From the NCBI GenBank assembly GCA_035534615.1, contig DATLRO010000101.1, forward strand, positions 23,510 to 87,509: DNA of 64,000 bases, read 5' to 3'. The notes beneath the pieces are model-generated. The model was given only the letters and a program-made list of their open reading frames with translations, made no database searches and was not told the DNA's origin. This stretch comes from Vicinamibacterales bacterium (GTDB taxonomy: Bacteria > Acidobacteriota > Vicinamibacteria > Vicinamibacterales > CAVVIG01). This document shows positions 58,950 through 64,000 of this stretch, piece after piece. Within the stretch, counting starts at the first letter, position 1. Every line of letters begins with the position of its first letter. The translations under genes were made by a program, and so were the position numbers.

Positions 58950-59059
58950 GCATGTTTTATTAGTCTATTACACTCATATATTGACCGTGCACAATGACAG
59001 CTCTAACTAGCTGCAAATGAACGGCTTGCTCTTTAGACCACTGATGAGGTGATACGGAC

Positions 59060-59980
59060 TCAGGTGCTTGGACCGTCAGGAGAAGCATCGAGCCACGAGC
59101 TGAGAACGCTGAGGGCGTCCGTCCCGATCTGCCGCGCCGTTGCCTGGCAGAGCTCCGCGATGGCCGCACCTCCGACCGGCCCTCCATCGGTGATGATCCC
59201 GGCCAGCAGGTCGGCGGGCACCCGCTCGAAGTAGGGATTGCGGACGTCGATCTGCCCGGGGGCGTCTGGCCACACCTCGTCTGGCGGCCCCGCCCTGAGC
59301 GGCAGCCGGCTGGCGAGCGGCTCCGGGAGGAACTTCTCCCGCCCCGCCAGCGCGTACACCGGGATCCCCCGGGCGGCGGCCAGCGCGGCCACGGCCGCCG
59401 TCCCGCACTTATTAATGATCCAGCCGGGGCCAGCCGCGTCCGCCCCGACCACGACCGCGCCGGCGCCGGCGAGCGCGGTCCCGATCGCCGCATCGGTATA
59501 GCTGGCGACCGTGACTCCGGCCGCCGCCAGCGCGACGGCAAGGGTCCGGCCTTCCATGGCCGGGCGTCCCTCCGCACAGGCGACTTCCAGCGGGCCGGCG
59601 GCCGCCAGCGCCCGCAGGCAGGCGAGCACCGTGTCGCTGGCCGACACGGTCACGAGCCGCAGGGGTGCCGGCGCGCCGAGCGCCAGCAGATCACCGGCCA
59701 GCCGCGCGATCGCCTGCGCGGCACGCTCACGCTGCCGCCCCAGCCGCTCCAGGCGCCTTCCCCCATCTGCCGCATCGGCCACGGCCAGGCCGGCGGCCAC
59801 CCAGATCGGCGCCATGCTGGGCTGCGCCCGGCACAGCGCCGCGGCGGCGGCGCGGACCGCCTCCGGCCCGCCGGCGCCGGCCGCCTGCAGGATCGCGATG
59901 GCACGCCCGGTCAGGGCGGTGGCCCCCGATCGGTGATCGGCGGCGAGCGCGCGGATCATTTCCAAGTGGTGGGGCGTCAT
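59060..59980 (-). CDS. eIF-2B alpha/beta/delta-related family protein (sugar-phosphate isomerase-like)
   Basis: 306 aa. Rossmann-like C-terminal domain pattern ..VTVSASDTVLACL....EGRP..EG..LA..L...G..V......A.......VVVGAD.......INK.GT...AL.A....PVY... Confidence 0.7.
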   Translation of the reverse strand: MTPHHLEMIRALAADHRSGATALTGRAIAILQAAGAGGPEAVRAAAAALCRAQPSMAPIWVAAGLAVADAADGGRRLERLGRQRERAAQAIARLAGDLLALGAPAPLRLVTVSASDTVLACLRALAAAGPLEVACAEGRPAMEGRTLAVALAAAGVTVASYTDAAIGTALAGAGAVVVGADAAGPGWIINKCGTAAVAALAAARGIPVYALAGREKFLPEPLASRLPLRAGPPDEVWPDAPGQIDVRNPYFERVPADLLAGIITDGGPVGGAAIAELCQATARQIGTDALSVLSSWLDASPDGPST

Positions 59981-60145
59981 GGCGGCTCCCGCGCCGGCCT
60001 CACGCCGGCGCGTGGGTCAGCCTATACCAGCGGCGCCGGTGGCGGCCGGCCGTGTGACTGTGCGATCATGAGAGCGCTCGGCGCACGACGAACGCCCGGT
60101 GCGCGAAACCGGCCGGCGTCCGCCGCCGCCACCCGCCGGACCGCC

Positions 60146-60604
60146 ATGTCCCATCTGCAGATCCGGCTGATGCCGGGGTCCCGTCCGCCGGCCGACGAGC
60201 TGCGGCAGCTGGTCGAGGAGATCGGCGGCCCCGCGCAGCTCGAGGACGCGCCGGCCCACGGGGAACACGCGCCGGCGATCGACGTGCTGGAGACCGACCG
60301 GGCGGTCGAGGTGGTGATCGACCTGGCGGGCGTGCCGGCCGGTGCGATCCGGGTCGTGGTGCGGCACGGCCTGCTGCTCGTCGTGGGGGAGAAACACAGC
60401 CCGTCCCCGCCGCCGGCCGGAGCGGTCTTCCATGTGGCCGAACGGAGCTTCGGGCGCTTCGTCCGGGTGATTCGCCTGTCGGACGCGTGCGACGCCCGGC
60501 AGGCGACGGCCAGCGTGCGCCAGGGCGAGCTGCGGATCGTGGTGCCGACGCGGCGCGAGCGGCGCGGCGATCCGGTCAACGTACGGATTCAGCAGGTCGA
60601 CTGA
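60146..60604 (+). CDS. Hsp20/alpha-crystallin family protein (divergent)
   Basis: 152 aa from the internal ATG 60146. PAIDVLETDRAVEVVIDLAGVPAGAIRVVV..LLLVVGEK....ERSFGRFVRVIRL...ASVRQGELRIVVP. No obvious SD. Confidence 0.75.
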   Translation: MSHLQIRLMPGSRPPADELRQLVEEIGGPAQLEDAPAHGEHAPAIDVLETDRAVEVVIDLAGVPAGAIRVVVRHGLLLVVGEKHSPSPPPAGAVFHVAERSFGRFVRVIRLSDACDARQATASVRQGELRIVVPTRRERRGDPVNVRIQQVD

Positions 60605-60657
60605 CGCGCGGACGGCGCGCGCGCCACACGACCGGGCCGGGCGCGATCGGTTCTGAC

Positions 60658-61515
60658 ATGCATATTCTGTTCATCGGCGACATTGTCGGCCGGCCCGGCC
60701 GCGACCTCGTGGAGCGCGGTCTCGACGCGCTGGTCCGTCAGTACGCCATCGATCTCGTCATCGCCAACGCCGAGAACGCCGCGGGCGGCTTCGGCATCAC
60801 GCGCGAGATCGGCGAAGCGCTGCTCGACGCCGGCGTCGACGTGATGACGTCGGGCAATCACATCTGGGACAAGAAGGAAGCGCTCGAGTACATCCAGATC
60901 GAGCCGCGCCTGCTCCGCCCGGCCAACTATCCGGCCGGCGTGCCCGGCCGCGGCAGCTACCTGGCGTGGACGGCGGCCGGCCGGCCGGTGGGGATCGTCA
61001 ACGTCATGGGGCGCGTGTTCATGCCGATCCTGGACGACCCGTTCGCGGTCGTGCTCCGCGAAGTCGACGCGCTGCGCGAGCACACGCGGATCGTCTTCGT
61101 CGACTTCCATGCCGAAGCGACCTCCGAGAAGCTCGCGATGGCCTGGCATCTCGACGGCCGCGCCACGGCGGTCGTCGGGACGCACACGCACGTGCAGACC
61201 GCCGACGAACGGCTCCTGCCGGGCGGCACGGCGTGCATCACGGACGTCGGGATGACCGGCCCGCACGACTCGATCATCGGTGTCGTCAAGGAAGCGGCGC
61301 TCTCCCGGTTCCTCACCGGCCTGCCGTCCCGGTTCGAGACGGCCACGGGCGATCCGCGTCTGCACGCCGTGGTGGTGCGCGCGGACGAGGCGACCGGCCG
61401 GGCGACCGCCATCGAACGCCTCAGCCTGTCGGCCGGGCAGCTCCAGCGGCTGGCCGACACCGGACGCGACGACCGCGCCCCTGCCGACGCGGCCTCGCCG
61501 GTGCCGATCAAGTGA
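60658..61515 (+). CDS. ymdB: YmdB-like metallophosphoesterase (TIGR00282 family)
   Basis: 285 aa from the internal ATG 60658. MHILFIGDIVGRPGR, NAENAAGGFG, SGNHIWD, DFHAEATSEK and GTHTHVQTAD. Confidence 0.9.
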   Translation: MHILFIGDIVGRPGRDLVERGLDALVRQYAIDLVIANAENAAGGFGITREIGEALLDAGVDVMTSGNHIWDKKEALEYIQIEPRLLRPANYPAGVPGRGSYLAWTAAGRPVGIVNVMGRVFMPILDDPFAVVLREVDALREHTRIVFVDFHAEATSEKLAMAWHLDGRATAVVGTHTHVQTADERLLPGGTACITDVGMTGPHDSIIGVVKEAALSRFLTGLPSRFETATGDPRLHAVVVRADEATGRATAIERLSLSAGQLQRLADTGRDDRAPADAASPVPIK

Positions 61516-62996
61516 CCGACCTGTTCGACCTCCCGTTCGACGGTCCCGGGGAGCCCGTCCGCCCGGCCGAGGCCCGGCGGGCGCCGGTCGTCCGGCCGGG
61601 CCCCGCCCCCGCGCCCGGTCCCGCGCCGGCCGCCGGGGCGCCGGCGTCCCGCGTGCTGACGATCAGCGAGCTGACCGCCCAGATCCGCGAGCTGCTGGAC
61701 GGCCGCTTCGGCGAGGTCTGGGTCGAAGGCGAGCTGTCGAACTGCAAGCAGTGGAACACCGGGCATCTGTATTTCACGCTGAAGGACGCCGGCGCCCAGC
61801 TCCGGGGCGTGATGTTCCGGACGGCGGTGCGGAACCTGCGGTTCAAGCCGGAAGACGGGCTCCGCGTCGTCGCGCGCGGCCGGGTCGGCGTGTACGAGCC
61901 GAAGGGCGAGTACCAGCTCGTCTGCGAGCACATGGAGCCGCAGGGGCTCGGGGCGCTGCAGCTCGCCGTGGAGCAGCTCAAGCGCCGGCTGCAGGCCGAA
62001 GGGCTGTTCGACGCGGCGCGCAAGCGGCCGCTGCCGGCGCTGCCCCGCCGGATCGGCATCGTCACGTCGATCGACGGCGCCGCCCTGCGCGACATCATCA
62101 AGGTGCTGCAGCGCCGCTATCCGAACGCGCACCTGGTCATCCGGCCGTCCCGCGTGCAGGGGGAGGGCGCCGCGCTCGAAGTGGCGGCCGGCCTCGCGCA
62201 GATCGGCCGGGTGCCGGGGGTCGACGTCGTGATCGTCGGGCGGGGCGGCGGCGCGATCGAGGATCTCTGGGCGTTCAACGAGGAGGTCGTCGCCCGCGCG
62301 ATTGCCGCCTCACCGGTGCCGGTGATTTCGGCGGTCGGCCACGAGACCGACGTCACGGTCGCCGATCTCGTCGCCGACCTGCGGGCGCCGACGCCATCGG
62401 CCGCGGCCGAGCTGGTGGTCGCCCGCAAGGACGACTTCACAGCGCACATCGATCAGCTCGCGCGGCAGCTCCGGACCGCGGCGCTGCGCGGCGTCGAGAC
62501 CCGCCGCCGCCGGGTGCACGCGCTGGCCGCGCGCCCGGCCCTGGCCGGCTGGCCGGCCCGGCTGGCGCTGCGGGGGCGCGACGTCGCCGAACTGCGGCAC
62601 CGGCTCCGGCGCCTCGGGCAGGCGCAGCTGACCGGCCGGGCGCGCCGGTACCAGCGGCTGCGCGAGTCGCTGGAGCACGGCGATCTGCGCCAGCGCTTCG
62701 CCGGCGTCCGGGTACGGCTGCTCGCCGCCGACGGCGTGCTGCGCGCCGCGGTGACGCGGCGCTATCATCGCGCGGACGGCGCCCGCCGCGACCTCGCCGG
62801 CCGGCTCGCGACGCTGAGTCCGCTCGCGGTCCTCAGCCGGGGCTACGCCGTCTGCTGGACCGCCGACCGGCGGGCCATCCTGCGGGACGCCGCGGCGGTC
62901 GAGCCGGGCGAGCGGGTGCACGTGCGGCTCGGCCGCGGCGCGCTCGACTGCACGGTCGTCGATCGCGCGCCGGAGGAGACCGGCGGGGACCGCTGA
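61512..62996 (+). CDS. xseA: Exodeoxyribonuclease VII large subunit
   Basis: 494 aa from GTG 61512, overlapping the ymdB stop (GTGA). OB-fold (VWVEGELSN......GHLYFTLKD), then catalytic and coiled-coil regions. Confidence 0.92.
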   Translation: MTDLFDLPFDGPGEPVRPAEARRAPVVRPGPAPAPGPAPAAGAPASRVLTISELTAQIRELLDGRFGEVWVEGELSNCKQWNTGHLYFTLKDAGAQLRGVMFRTAVRNLRFKPEDGLRVVARGRVGVYEPKGEYQLVCEHMEPQGLGALQLAVEQLKRRLQAEGLFDAARKRPLPALPRRIGIVTSIDGAALRDIIKVLQRRYPNAHLVIRPSRVQGEGAALEVAAGLAQIGRVPGVDVVIVGRGGGAIEDLWAFNEEVVARAIAASPVPVISAVGHETDVTVADLVADLRAPTPSAAAELVVARKDDFTAHIDQLARQLRTAALRGVETRRRRVHALAARPALAGWPARLALRGRDVAELRHRLRRLGQAQLTGRARRYQRLRESLEHGDLRQRFAGVRVRLLAADGVLRAAVTRRYHRADGARRDLAGRLATLSPLAVLSRGYAVCWTADRRAILRDAAAVEPGERVHVRLGRGALDCTVVDRAPEETGGDR

Positions 62997-63037
62997 GACC
63001 TCCCCGCGCCGCGCGCGCGGGACACGGAGCCACGACC

Positions 63038-63292
63038 ATGGATGCCTCCATCAAGGACTTCGAAGCGGCCATCGCCGAGCTCGAAGCGATCGTCCACAAG
63101 CTCGAGGAAGGCGACCAGACGCTCGAACAGTCACTCGCGCTGTACGAGCGGGGTGTGCAGCTGTCGCGCTTCTGCCACGCCCGGCTGGAAGAAGCCGAAC
63201 GCCGGATCGAGATTCTCGACGATCGCGGCGAGTTGAAGCCGGCCCCGGCGTCGCTCGGCGCCGCGACCGACCCGGACCGCGCCGGACAGTGA
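63038..63292 (+). CDS. xseB: Exodeoxyribonuclease VII small subunit
   Basis: 84 aa. FEAAIAELEAIVHKLEEGDQTLEQSLALYERGVQLSRFCHARLEEAERRIEIL. GGAG SD. Confidence 0.92.
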   Translation: MDASIKDFEAAIAELEAIVHKLEEGDQTLEQSLALYERGVQLSRFCHARLEEAERRIEILDDRGELKPAPASLGAATDPDRAGQ

Positions 63293-63301
63293 AGGGCCCC
63301 G

Positions 63302-64000
63302 GTGACCGACCACTCCTCCCAGACCCGTGAGACCCTGCGCGCCTATCTCGAGGCGCGCCGTGCCCTGGTGAACGACGCCCTGGATCGTTTCCTGCCGCAC
63401 TCGTCGCTCTGCCCGCCGATCATCTGCGAGGCGATGCGCTACAGTGCGATGGCCGGCGGCAAACGGCTGCGGCCCGTGCTCGCCCTGGCCGCCGCCGGTG
63501 CGGTCGCCGCCGCGCGCGGCGAGCCGGTCGACCGGGCCGAAGCGCTCGCGCTGCCGGCAGCCGCCGCCATCGAGATGATTCACACCTACTCCCTCATCCA
63601 CGACGACCTGCCGGCCATGGATGACGACACGCTGCGGCGCGGACGGCCGACGCTGCACGTCGTCTACGATGAGGGGATGGCCATCCTTGCCGGCGACGGC
63701 CTGCACGCGGAGGCGTTCCGCCTGATGGCCCGCGAACCGGCCGACGCGCCGGGCGTGCCGGCCGGTGCCCTGACCGACCGGAAGCTGCGGGTCGTCGCGC
63801 TCGTCGCCGAAGCGGCCGGCCCGGCCGGCATGGTCGGCGGGCAGGCGATCGACCTGCAGGCCGCGGCGCCCGACGCGCGCCCGATGGACGCGGCGGGGCT
63901 CCGGACGATGCACGCGCGGAAGACCGGCGCGCTCATCCGTGCGGCGGCCGGCGCCGGGGCCATCATGGCCGGCGGCGACGCCGCCCTGGTCGCGGCCGTC
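63302..64000 (+). CDS. ispA: Polyprenyl (farnesyl/geranylgeranyl) diphosphate synthase, N-terminal part (partial, runs off right edge)
   Basis: Not in the ORF track because the frame is open to the edge. Manual translation from GTG 63302 gives ..GGKRLRPVLALAAA...AAAIEMIHTYSLIHDDLPAMDDDTLRRGRPT.. (first DDxxD motif) and ..KTGALI... xseB-ispA order is classical. Confidence 0.9.
   Translation, partial: MTDHSSQTRETLRAYLEARRALVNDALDRFLPHSSLCPPIICEAMRYSAMAGGKRLRPVLALAAAGAVAAARGEPVDRAEALALPAAAAIEMIHTYSLIHDDLPAMDDDTLRRGRPTLHVVYDEGMAILAGDGLHAEAFRLMAREPADAPGVPAGALTDRKLRVVALVAEAAGPAGMVGGQAIDLQAAAPDARPMDAAGLRTMHARKTGALIRAAAGAGAIMAGGDAALVAAV

Noticed and set aside
58873-59059. CIRCE (HrcA) operator upstream of dnaK
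   Set aside because: Only partial half-site resemblance (TTAGAGCT, GAGTGTAA), with the wrong spacing of about 22 nt instead of 9.

Overview
This is a high-GC window that looks like ordinary chromosome from an Acidobacteriota-type genome. The taxon call rests on the PadR plus duplicated orphan FtsX/MacB permease ('ADOP') pair and the large sortilin/VPS10-like BNR proteins. I support about 50 protein-coding genes, packed tightly with many ATGA/GTGA start-stop overlaps.

I found no rRNA, tRNA, CRISPR array, transposase, integrase, phage gene or recognisable defence gene. Most very long ORFs in the six-frame track are antisense or out-of-frame shadows typical of GC-rich DNA. Many real genes start well inside the listed ORFs, so I re-set those starts by hand.

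Content, left to right:
- Two paralogous BNR/sortilin-like secreted proteins bracket a PadR-ADOP cassette.
- Lipid kinase, rhomboid protease and typA.
- Zn-dehydrogenase, FmdB zinc ribbon and an ADP-forming acyl-CoA synthetase.
- A copper/peroxide island: copA-csoR with a textbook CsoR operator, a di-haem peroxidase, a Met-rich secreted protein, a possibly frameshifted OMP and a SHOCT protein.
- An mgtC / P-type ATPase / ArnT-like putative operon.
- A stress island: hsp20 divergent from usp-CBS-AI2E-holin-like-12TM, with a sigma54-type promoter match.
- A Crp-family regulator, an M49-like hydrolase, yqgE, queG and acnA.
- An envelope block: lpxD, OMP, an M16 peptidase pair and lpxB.
- ydjM-like hydrolase, nfo, a Memo/AMMECR1 pair and gatCA.
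- rpoZ-like, hsp20, dnaK, eIF-2B-like, hsp20, ymdB-like, xseAB and ispA.

I do not see a clear-cut new system. The best candidates for follow-up are:
- the lpxD-coupled OMP together with the M16 pair carrying a LolA-like domain, sitting between lpxD and lpxB
- the sigma54-type stress operon that ends in an unassigned 12-TM His-rich protein
- the uncharacterised genes of the copper island
- the mgtC-ATPase-ArnT-like operon

All calls come from reading the sequence and recalling family motifs. No database search was run, and start codons are manual inferences.
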